IMG/VR virus record: IMGVR_UViG_3300042386_001493
Span: 22,252-86,251 of that record
Length of the DNA: 64,000 bases
DNA from: a virus
Lineage: Duplodnaviria > Caudoviricetes
Direction: 5' to 3' (one strand)
Below the pieces are notes generated by a model. The model made no database searches and was not told the DNA's origin. It saw only the letters and a list, made by a program, of their open reading frames with translations. Both the position numbers and the translations under genes were made by a program. This document shows, one piece after another, positions 47,039 to 54,830 of the stretch (the stretch's first letter is position 1; every line of letters starts with the position of its first letter).

Positions 47039-47767
47039 ATGACAACATCACAATTAAAAAGATCATTTGACAGAAAGGTTGCTAATCTTGTCACAAAAAA
47101 TGGAAAGCAAGCCGCAATTGCAAACACGTTCGGTCTTCCCGCTGGAAAGAATTATTCATGCCCTGGTGCCACTAGTGTTTGTGAAAGTGTTTGCTACGCA
47201 GGAAAACTTGAAAAACTCTACAAAGCCGTAAAGGCAAACCTAATACATAATTGGGAATTATTAAAAGACGCTGACGAATCGACTATGATTGATCTATTGC
47301 AGAATATGATTAATGATTTTAAAAAAGATTGTGAAAAGAAAAATGCGTCATTGTTATTTCGTATTCATTGGGACGGTGATTTCTTTAATGACACGTACAC
47401 CAAAGCATGGAAACAAATCATCCTTAACAATACAGATATAAAATTCTGGGTATATACAAGGGTACAGCCTGCAGCGGTAATGCTAAAGGATATTCCTAAT
47501 CTATCCTTATACTATTCAACAGACAGCGAGAATAAGCAGATAGGCGTTAGTTTAAAGAAAGATCATGGGGTACGCCTTGCATACCTTGCACAGAATTTTG
47601 CAATAGGTCAGGCAGATATGAAGGAGTTATTTAATCGACCTGGTGCTAAGTGCCCTGAAAACCTAAAAGCCATTCCACTTATCTCAAGCGCTGGCTCGGC
47701 TTGCGTATCTTGCGGTTTGTGTGTATACTCTAAGAGCGACATAGTCTTTTCATCATCTAAGAAATAA
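47039..47767 (+). CDS. GP88-like Cys-rich (radical-SAM-related) protein
   Basis: CPGA...C...CYA, FRIHWDGDF, FWVYTR, CP.......C..C..C. Leaderless behind TTGATA-17-TAAAAT. Confidence 0.7.
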   Translation: MTTSQLKRSFDRKVANLVTKNGKQAAIANTFGLPAGKNYSCPGATSVCESVCYAGKLEKLYKAVKANLIHNWELLKDADESTMIDLLQNMINDFKKDCEKKNASLLFRIHWDGDFFNDTYTKAWKQIILNNTDIKFWVYTRVQPAAVMLKDIPNLSLYYSTDSENKQIGVSLKKDHGVRLAYLAQNFAIGQADMKELFNRPGAKCPENLKAIPLISSAGSACVSCGLCVYSKSDIVFSSSKK

Positions 47768-47840
47768 GGGGCATATGGAGATACTAATAGTATTATCACT
47801 TATATTCTTATATATCCTATTCTCAGGCATGGGGCATTAG

Positions 47841-47871
47841 TGTGATGTATCTCACATCTCAATATATGAGA
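47841..47871. promoter_or_regulatory. CRP-like palindrome abutting a TCTCA-N5-TGAGA palindrome
   Basis: TGTGA tgtatc TCACA + TCTCA atata TGAGA; the same pair recurs at 49052-49082. Confidence 0.6.
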
Positions 47872-47951
47872 TTATCCATGAGATAATTTGTATTTTTGAC
47901 CAAAAAATGTTAGACTTATACAGTAAGCAAAAACCAACAAGAAGGAGAACC

Positions 47952-48122
47952 ATGTCCGTATCAAACGCAACATACAAGGTAGGCGACACCTACACATCAC
48001 AAAAATCAAAGGTAGTAGGAACTATTACCGAAATTGTGCCAACTAACAAAAACACAGTTAGAGTTAAGTTAGATGTTAATGGCTCAACTCGCTGGACAAC
48101 TTGGACAGCAAAGAACGCTTAA
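47952..48122 (+). CDS. 56-aa SH3-like protein (paralog of 48712..48882)
   Basis: TYKVGD.YT......GTI..I.P.....RV.L..NG; AAGGAG SD. Confidence 0.65.
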   Translation: MSVSNATYKVGDTYTSQKSKVVGTITEIVPTNKNTVRVKLDVNGSTRWTTWTAKNA

Positions 48123-48141
48123 TCTTAGCCTAGTGGCTAAA

Positions 48142-48168
48142 GTCCTGAGCATGACGAGAAACTGCTCA
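48142..48168 (+). ncRNA. Conserved pseudoknot motif, copy 2
   Basis: gtc-ctgagcat-gac-gagaaac-tgctca. Confidence 0.65.
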
Positions 48169-48207
48169 ACTCAAAAGCCCCACTAACAGAAATGGAAACC
48201 CATCACA

Positions 48208-48630
48208 ATGGCAAGAAGCAAACCCATCAGCGTAAAAATCGCTACTGCTAAGGTTATTACAGCCTTAGAAAATAGATTAGCAGAGTTAGAGGCTAACTAT
48301 AAAACACAAGACGAGAACGAAGCAAAGTTCCAAGTCGCAATAGAGGCTTGGAAAAAAGAACTATTTGCTTTTGCTATCGCTAATGTTTCTAAGGCAGAAA
48401 ACCTACGCACTAACTATCGTCAATGGTCAAGCAACCTTAATGTTGATTTTGATTTAACAGTTAAGGAAGGCGAGTTCCCTGCTGAGCCTCAAAGAGAGTT
48501 TGAGCAACTCCATGCTCATACCTATCGTGAGCAGAAAGAGGAAATGGAAAACGCTATCCGTATCCTCAAAATGACCGACGAGGAAACAGTTAATACTAGC
48601 ACATATAACGCTATCGCAAGATACTTGTAA
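48208..48630 (+). CDS. Coiled-coil hypothetical protein
   Basis: 140 aa, helical, well-formed ORF. Confidence 0.7.
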   Translation: MARSKPISVKIATAKVITALENRLAELEANYKTQDENEAKFQVAIEAWKKELFAFAIANVSKAENLRTNYRQWSSNLNVDFDLTVKEGEFPAEPQREFEQLHAHTYREQKEEMENAIRILKMTDEETVNTSTYNAIARYL

Positions 48631-48711
48631 TAGTTTGGGGGTATTTGACTATGCCCCCAAAATATGTTAGACTAAATAAGTAAGCAACCACCACAACAGA
48701 AAAGGAAAATC

Positions 48712-48882
48712 ATGACACTAGGCGGATACACATACCAACTAGGTGATTTATTCACCACTAGTAAAACAGGCGTAACTGGTAGAATTGTAAAGTTCTCACC
48801 ACTTAACTCTAAACTTACTAGAGTATCACTACAATTAGCAAACGGCTCTCGTCGTCTTGCTATGGTAAGCACAACTAAATAA
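48712..48882 (+). CDS. 56-aa SH3-like protein (paralog of 47952..48122)
   Basis: MTLGGYTYQLGDLFTTSKTGVTGRIVKFSPLNSKLTRVSLQLANGSRR...; AAAGGA SD; not in the ORF track. Confidence 0.65.
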   Translation: MTLGGYTYQLGDLFTTSKTGVTGRIVKFSPLNSKLTRVSLQLANGSRRLAMVSTTK

Positions 48883-48989
48883 ATAATCTTGGGGTAGGTT
48901 TGTAACGTGTAATCACTTAAGTCCCTGCCCCAACCATATTTATCTCTGATAAGCACTTGGCTTAATTGCTAAGTTATTCCTGAGATAAG

Positions 48990-49018
48990 ACTCCTGAGCA
49001 TGAGTTCTAAACTGCTCA
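48990..49018 (+). ncRNA. Conserved pseudoknot motif, copy 3
   Basis: actc-ctgagcat-gagt-tctaaac-tgctca. Confidence 0.65.
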
Positions 49019-49153
49019 TCTTTTAATTGCCCCCGCAAAAATCCGGGGCAGCGTGATTTAAATCACATCTCATTATGTGAGACTAATTAAGAACTGAACT
49101 TGCATTTCCACAATCTTGATGATATTATTGTATTAACAGAAAAGGAACCCCTA

Positions 49154-49621
49154 ATGAGCGAAGTAATGACACAGGAGCAGTTATCTGTTCCATACAATCC
49201 TAACCTACTTGTTACGTACAAGTATGTTCCAGAAACATATGCAGCACCTGAAAGCCCTACATTCATGACTGATAAGGTTACTCAGATTGAATGGGACCTA
49301 CATAACGGTCGTACTACTCAAAAACAATTAGCAGAGAGACGCTTAGATATAAGTTGGTTAGAGGAACAAATTGTAGAATGGTATGACCCTAACTATACTA
49401 AAGAAGAAGTGTTGCAAGCAATCATAGAACACTTTGGGTTTAATCCAACTAAGCAAATTGAAGTTCAAGGTACCGTATCGTTCAGCGGAACGATTAATAT
49501 TCCACTGTCAGAGATTGAAGACTTTGACCTTAGCAATGTAACAATTGATGTTGATCTAAGTTCATATGAGTATGACGCAGATCTTAATGTGGACGAAGTA
49601 TCTTTGGAGGACCACTACTAA
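49154..49621 (+). CDS. Acidic hypothetical protein
   Basis: AAAGGA SD; very Asp/Glu-rich C-terminus. Confidence 0.65.
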   Translation: MSEVMTQEQLSVPYNPNLLVTYKYVPETYAAPESPTFMTDKVTQIEWDLHNGRTTQKQLAERRLDISWLEEQIVEWYDPNYTKEEVLQAIIEHFGFNPTKQIEVQGTVSFSGTINIPLSEIEDFDLSNVTIDVDLSSYEYDADLNVDEVSLEDHY

Positions 49622-49640
49622 ATTTGATAGGGGGCTATCA

Positions 49641-49670
49641 ACGTCGTGGGCCAAGACGTAAAACTGGCCC
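49641..49670 (+). ncRNA. Conserved pseudoknot motif, copy 4 (compensatory changes)
   Basis: acgtc-gtgggccaa-gacgt-aaaac-tggccc. Confidence 0.65.
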
Positions 49671-49746
49671 TAACAAAAACCCGGCCCCGCCCTAAATGTC
49701 CGATTTGTACCAATTAAGAAGATTAAACCATTTTCCCCAATCCTAG

Positions 49747-49775
49747 TTGACATTGTCAGCCATGACTGCTAAACT
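49747..49775 (+). promoter_or_regulatory. TTGACA-17-TAAACT promoter containing TGTCAG-N10
   Basis: Read directly from sequence. Confidence 0.7.
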
Positions 49776-49801
49776 TAGTTAAAACAACCGAAAGGATAAA
49801 A

Positions 49802-50818
49802 ATGGCTCATGATTTAGAAACTCAAAATGGCGTAGCAAGTTTTGCATCATTTAGAGAGCCTGCATGGCACAATCTTGGTACTGTATTTGATACTGAGAAA
49901 AATACAAGTGAAATGCTTGTTGCTGCTAATCTTAATAATTGGAATGTTAGACTAGAGGATTTAGAAATCCCATCTAGTTTAGTATCTGACAAACAATATC
50001 AATATGTTGTTCGTACAAATCCTACTGATAAATCTCAAACTGATGTTTTGGGAATTGTTGGGCAGCGTTATGTTCCACTACAAAATGAGGATTTATTTGC
50101 CTTTGGCGATAACATTCTTGATGGTGGTGGGCGTTGGGAAACCGCTGGCTCAATTAGTGGTGGGCGTGTAGTATTTGGCTCATTAGCATTAGAGCGTGAA
50201 ACTGTATTAGACCCTAATGGCGTTGCTGATGTTGTAAAGACTTATTTACTCATCAACACTTCACATGATGGTTCAATCGCTATTCAAGCAAGCATAACAC
50301 CTGTTCGTGTTGTGTGTGCTAATACTCTTAATGTTGCACTAAACCGCACTAAGAAAAAAGATGGCGTAAAGCAATCTTTCAAAATCCGTCATACCCAAAC
50401 TGCTGAGGGCAAAATTGCTATTGCTCGTCAGGCACTAGGCATGGCTAACGCTTACATGACTGAGTTCGATAAGATGGCTCATGCTATGATAGCAAAAGAA
50501 ATCTCAGCACAAGATTTCAATAACATTATTCTTGCTGCTTATCCTAAGCCTGAATTAGATACTAAGGGCGCAGTAAAGAAATGGGAAAACAAGGTAGATA
50601 TGATTAACGATATCTATACTGGTGAATTTAACGGAATGATTGCTGGTAATGCGTGGGGTGCGTTCAATGCGCTAACTGAGCGTTTAGACTGGTATCGTTC
50701 ATCTCGTAGTGCAAATGGCGAAAGCATGTTTGCTGCTGCTTCTGGATTTGACCCTGCTACCAATGCAGAAAAAAATCGTTTGCTAAGTATTGTTCAAAAT
50801 ACTTTACAAATAGTTTAA
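49802..50818 (+). CDS. DUF932 family protein (phage/plasmid TIGR03299-like)
   Basis: MAH......AWH.LG, Y...QN, ETAG...GG..VF, YLL..TSHDGS, TPVRVVCANTL, IRHT, AWGAFNA.TE..D. Confidence 0.85.
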   Translation: MAHDLETQNGVASFASFREPAWHNLGTVFDTEKNTSEMLVAANLNNWNVRLEDLEIPSSLVSDKQYQYVVRTNPTDKSQTDVLGIVGQRYVPLQNEDLFAFGDNILDGGGRWETAGSISGGRVVFGSLALERETVLDPNGVADVVKTYLLINTSHDGSIAIQASITPVRVVCANTLNVALNRTKKKDGVKQSFKIRHTQTAEGKIAIARQALGMANAYMTEFDKMAHAMIAKEISAQDFNNIILAAYPKPELDTKGAVKKWENKVDMINDIYTGEFNGMIAGNAWGAFNALTERLDWYRSSRSANGESMFAAASGFDPATNAEKNRLLSIVQNTLQIV

Positions 50819-50823
50819 CAATA

Positions 50824-50852
50824 AAATCCTGAGCAAGATTTAAAACTGCTCA
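50824..50852 (+). ncRNA. Conserved pseudoknot motif, copy 5
   Basis: aaatc-ctgagcaa-gattt-aaaac-tgctca, ending 5 nt before the tRNA. Confidence 0.65.
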
Positions 50853-50857
50853 TCATT

Positions 50858-50931
50858 GGTTCTGTAGCATAGTTGGTTAATGCGCTACCCTGTCACGGTA
50901 GAGATCGTGGGTTCAAGTCCCATCAGAGCCG
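50858..50931 (+). tRNA. tRNA-Asp(GTC), no encoded CCA
   Basis: Acceptor GGTTCTG/CAGAGCC, D arm GCAT/ATGC, anticodon arm CTACC-CTGTCAC-GGTAG, T arm GTGGG-TTCAAGT-CCCAT, discriminator G. Confidence 0.93.
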
Positions 50932-51489
50932 CCCCGGGTTTTCTTTCTTTAAATAATAACACATGATTGCTTCATTAAGAAAGATTGACTTTTTCCCCAG
51001 TTTCCTGTAAAATATTAACATGACCACAATTAACAAACCACTAACCATAGACGGCCTAATAATGAATATATATGAGGACAACTCTGAACATTTTGACTTT
51101 ATATATAGCATGAATAATGGAGACTGCGATTGTTGTCTTCACTTTGCAATGAATTTGATTAAGGAGTATGATAGATAATGTTAGGTTATACATATAAAGA
51201 TATACAGGCCTTTGGTAATAGTTTAACTTGGGCTATTGATACCGCCAAAAACCAGGGGGATGAACAAAACTATAAACAATTACTAATAGTATGGGACTTC
51301 TTTGAGGGACTACTAGCAGAAGGTTACATAGATGAGAACACATACTATGGATAATGGCGAGATCTTAGATAAGATTATAGAACTTATAAACACAGACGGA
51401 GAGATCATGTCTGATGAAGAGGTTGTTAATAATATTAGGGGACTTCTTGAGACTAACCCTCAAACCTATTGGGGAGCAAGCCAAAGCAG

Positions 51490-51545
51490 TGTGATGTAGA
51501 TCACCTTACGATATCTTGTAATTTTTCCCAGTTCGTAGTAAAATT
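51490..51545 (+). promoter_or_regulatory. CRP-like site plus sigma-A promoter
   Basis: TGTGA tgtaga TCACC; TTGTAA-17-TAAAAT. Confidence 0.55.
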
Positions 51546-51573
51546 GTATTAAGAACCTAAAGAAAGAGACCCA

Positions 51574-51897
51574 ATGCCAAACCTTATACAACTTACAGAG
51601 GATGAATGGTTTGAACAGTTCAAGCCTATCCCAAACCATTTAGACGAGAATGCCTCATTCAATGACGGTGAGCACGGCTATATGTTTGAGACATATGGTG
51701 ATGAAGTAGAGTTTGTTAGGGACCATGTGTTCTTACATCCCAACACTGTATGGACTTACTATGACGGAGATAACGGTGGTACGTATATCTCTGACGGTAT
51801 GCATATGGTTAATAGGATTGGTTACTTTGTAACTACCGTTCCCTATGATGACAGCCAGTATTATCAGATACAACTAATTGCAGGAAAGGACGACTAA
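51574..51897 (+). CDS. Hypothetical protein
   Basis: 107 aa, FETYG.E...V, G...VNRIGY..T. Confidence 0.65.
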   Translation: MPNLIQLTEDEWFEQFKPIPNHLDENASFNDGEHGYMFETYGDEVEFVRDHVFLHPNTVWTYYDGDNGGTYISDGMHMVNRIGYFVTTVPYDDSQYYQIQLIAGKDD

Positions 51898-52454
51898 TGC
51901 ATACCCTACACTATATAGCAGTTGAAGCAGATAACAAGCAAGAGGCTTTTGACAAAGTTGTTGTAAGCCTACAAACAAACGAAGACGGATACCGCATAGG
52001 CGATTGGTCAGATTGGCACGTCGTTGGCGGAGGAAGGTGGAGCACTAATGCACAAAAATCTAAAGACTTTATGGACGGTTATAACCATGACAGTACTGAT
52101 GTTATTGGCTATGCTAAAAATAAAGAAAAGTTCCAAGAAGTAATTAAGGACATCTTACGCTTTCGCTCTCAGAGTATGAACAGGAACATAGTAGAGATTA
52201 AGACTGATAAGTTTATTAGTCAAATGGTCGACTATGCTTCAGAGGGTGGGAGAGGTCCCTGGAATGGGGATACTCTAATGAATGTTTATTCTATCAAACA
52301 GGCAGCAGAAATGCTAATGGGTTCTTGGACATGTGATAGTGGGTTTTACGATCTTGAAGAACATGTCTCCGAATTTGAGTATTTAAATGAGCGACTTGAC
52401 AAACCTGATCGAGCCGTGAGACAATATCTAGTACCAGTTGACTTCCACTTCTAA
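51897..52454 (+). CDS. Hypothetical protein
   Basis: DW...GGRW and terminal VD.H motifs; coupled by TAATG. Confidence 0.65.
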   Translation: MHTLHYIAVEADNKQEAFDKVVVSLQTNEDGYRIGDWSDWHVVGGGRWSTNAQKSKDFMDGYNHDSTDVIGYAKNKEKFQEVIKDILRFRSQSMNRNIVEIKTDKFISQMVDYASEGGRGPWNGDTLMNVYSIKQAAEMLMGSWTCDSGFYDLEEHVSEFEYLNERLDKPDRAVRQYLVPVDFHF

Positions 52455-52463
52455 GGAGACCTA

Positions 52464-52781
52464 ATGATAAAAACAAAAGATTTAATCTTAGCAGGACATT
52501 TTGCAGTTGATAGCGGTCAGGCCATGGTAGGCGACCCATGCTATATTGATAATTGGGATACCAACAAAAATGATGATTGGAATATTGACGGCAAAGAAGG
52601 TCAATACTCTTATCATGGTGCTAGTGCTACTACCCTTGCTAATTCATATGGCGAGTTAGGTAATGGCACGGCAGTAGTATTTAATACAGGTTATGGCGAT
52701 GGCCTATATCCAGTATATGTCCAGATGAACGATGACGGCAGAGTTTCTAAAGTTGTAATCGATTTCGAAGGGGACCTATAA
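52464..52781 (+). CDS. DUF4241-like protein
   Basis: VDSGQ...GDPCY and TGYGDG.YPVY. Confidence 0.65.
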   Translation: MIKTKDLILAGHFAVDSGQAMVGDPCYIDNWDTNKNDDWNIDGKEGQYSYHGASATTLANSYGELGNGTAVVFNTGYGDGLYPVYVQMNDDGRVSKVVIDFEGDL

Positions 52782-52926
52782 TGGCTACATGGGATGTTGA
52801 AATAATCTTTGAACCCACAGGTACTTATATGAATTTTGAATATGAGACTGACACCGAAGACGAGAACGATATTTTTAATGAGATAACAAACCAAATATCA
52901 ATCATACCTGAAAGGACGGATGCATA

Positions 52927-53325
52927 ATGGGAGCACGTTGTACATTCATATTTAAACAATCAGAGGATCTAGCAGTAGCGCTGTATAGCCATTGGGGTGA
53001 AGACAGCATGTATGTGGATCTTGCTAAGGCCCTTCAGCATGCGACGGTACGTAAAGGTGATACAGAATACTATACCCGCATGGCTATTAGTTATCTATTG
53101 CAAGACTCTATCTTGGATGAAACAGGGTTTGGTATCTATGCCTGCAATCCTAATGACTTAGGGTTTGCGGACCACCCAATATTAATCGATCTCACAGATA
53201 ATACTATTAGTCATGATGGTGTAGACCACAAAGACATTGATAGTTTTATTACTTATAATTTGCCCAGCAGTGCTCTCTCCACTGTGGGGGCTTCATCAGC
53301 GGAGGTTGGGGTCACCTCTCGCTAG
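52927..53325 (+). CDS. Hypothetical protein
   Basis: MG.R....., LYSHWG, Y.TRM. Confidence 0.6.
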   Translation: MGARCTFIFKQSEDLAVALYSHWGEDSMYVDLAKALQHATVRKGDTEYYTRMAISYLLQDSILDETGFGIYACNPNDLGFADHPILIDLTDNTISHDGVDHKDIDSFITYNLPSSALSTVGASSAEVGVTSR

Positions 53326-53399
53326 CAATATGGGGAGGGCGTTAACTGTGGTGGGTTGCGCTTTCCCTTTTCCTTTGGTATAATTTAGATAGGGGTTTC

Positions 53400-53633
53400 A
53401 TGTATCGTATTAACAGAGTAAAGCGACAGACCAATGAGGAAAAGGTTGCGGTTGGAATTGGCAAATTGCTATCTGACTTTTACCTTGACTTAGAAAAGGT
53501 TGGCTATTACTTGGCTACAGCAACTCCTTATTTAATTTATCGCAGGTCATTAGAAGTATTAGAAAGCGCACAGTTCCAAGAGGACAAGATAGAGCAAAAC
53601 AGATTGGGGTATGATAGTGACCGACTTCCGTAA
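53400..53633 (+). CDS. Hypothetical protein
   Basis: 77 aa behind TGGTATAAT. Confidence 0.6.
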   Translation: MYRINRVKRQTNEEKVAVGIGKLLSDFYLDLEKVGYYLATATPYLIYRRSLEVLESAQFQEDKIEQNRLGYDSDRLP

Positions 53634-53895
53634 TGTATGTGAGATTTTAGGAAAACTTTATTCCGTATATAAAGATGATGAAGAGTTTAAAGACTTCATA
53701 GAGTTTAATGACTTAGGGCTACCGCTTGCTTACTTTGTTTCTGAGAACCTTTGTGAGGTAGCAGATGACGGGGCACGGTATATAACAGAAACATGGGCAC
53801 TATTCTTAGCAGGGTTAAACCTAGAGGATACTGGCTTCTCTGATTTAGATGAGGTCTTTGAGAGTGCAGAGGAGAAGAACAATGGAACTGAGTAA
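53611..53895 (+). CDS. Acidic hypothetical protein
   Basis: NDLGLPLAY motif; overlaps the previous gene. Confidence 0.6.
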   Translation: MIVTDFRNVCEILGKLYSVYKDDEEFKDFIEFNDLGLPLAYFVSENLCEVADDGARYITETWALFLAGLNLEDTGFSDLDEVFESAEEKNNGTE

Positions 53896-54029
53896 TAACT
53901 ATTTAGATGAACAGTTACTTAAAGCCCAACAGTTGCTATGGTCTGGCTCTCTACATGAAGTGGACCAGGCACACAACATCATTGCTAACTTAATTAAAGA
54001 TCGCCTACCAGCATAGGAAAAACCCGGTA

Positions 54030-54770
54030 TCAATTACCAAACCTTCAAACCTTATTTACGAAAAAGACATTAAGAACCCAATTCAAAAAATCCCAGAAAG
54101 TTTGACAAACCTTCAAACCTTTATATTTAAAGATAGTATAATATATATATGAGTCCTCGTAACTACTATAGTAAGAATCGTATTGATAGATATAATATGA
54201 GTCCTTCTTTTGTATCTACCGCTTCAGGTATGGCAGAGAAAAAGGTAGAGAGGTTTGTTACTAGGGTATTACGATCCATCTTTAAGTCCCGCCGTCGCAA
54301 TAAATCATAGTACTAATAGACATTACGAAGCGGGAAAAAAAATCCCAGAAATATACAGATTATTCCCATAATTACCAAACCTTTCTAGATTTTTTCTGGG
54401 GTTTTTCCTACATTTTCCTACATTTTCTGGGCATTTTTATAGGGGTTTTTTACTTGACAAACCATGGTATTGGGGGTATAATGCATGCCGCATATGGGGA
54501 TAGGAAGGTTTGGGATAGGGAGGTTTGGCCGCCAGAGGATTACGACGCCATCTATAAAATCGCCCAATCCCCCACTATGCTCCACTTTCCTCCATTCTAA
54601 CCCAATCTAAAAAATGTCAGTAAGGATTATCTTTCATACCAAACCTCCAAACCACCTATTTAAAAGCCTTCCAAGCCCTATTTGCGACGGTATTTAACCA
54701 TCTCGCTGGTTCCCAAACCAGACATATCTGGCTATCTGAGATATGGGGATAGGGGGATATAAGGTTTGTT
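54030..54770. repeat. Largely non-coding segment with repeated CAAACC/GGTTTG, ATTACGA and AATCCCAGAAA words
   Basis: CAAACCTTCAAACCTT at ~54038 and ~54107; AATCCCAGAAA at ~54089 and ~54341; tandem TTTTCCTACA at ~54403-54422. Confidence 0.55.
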
Positions 54771-54830
54771 ATTACACTGGGGATTATGATACTCCTTCTG
54801 TACCCGCCAAAAATAGGATACAATAAGTTT

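Noticed and set aside
48672-48956. 94-aa minus-strand ORF
   Set aside because: Overlaps the better-supported plus-strand gene 48712..48882, which has a promoter, SD and paralog.
45753-50852. Pseudoknot copies as intrinsic terminators, hammerhead ribozymes or CRISPR repeats
   Set aside because: There is no consistent U-tract and no complete hammerhead core with three stems. The copies are separated by whole genes rather than short spacers.
50858-50931. tRNA as a prophage attachment site
   Set aside because: No integrase, no duplicated tRNA 3' end, and phage-type genes continue on both sides.
54615-54640. TGTCAG as a seventh PafBC-like promoter
   Set aside because: No TANNNT hexamer at the 10-nt spacing.
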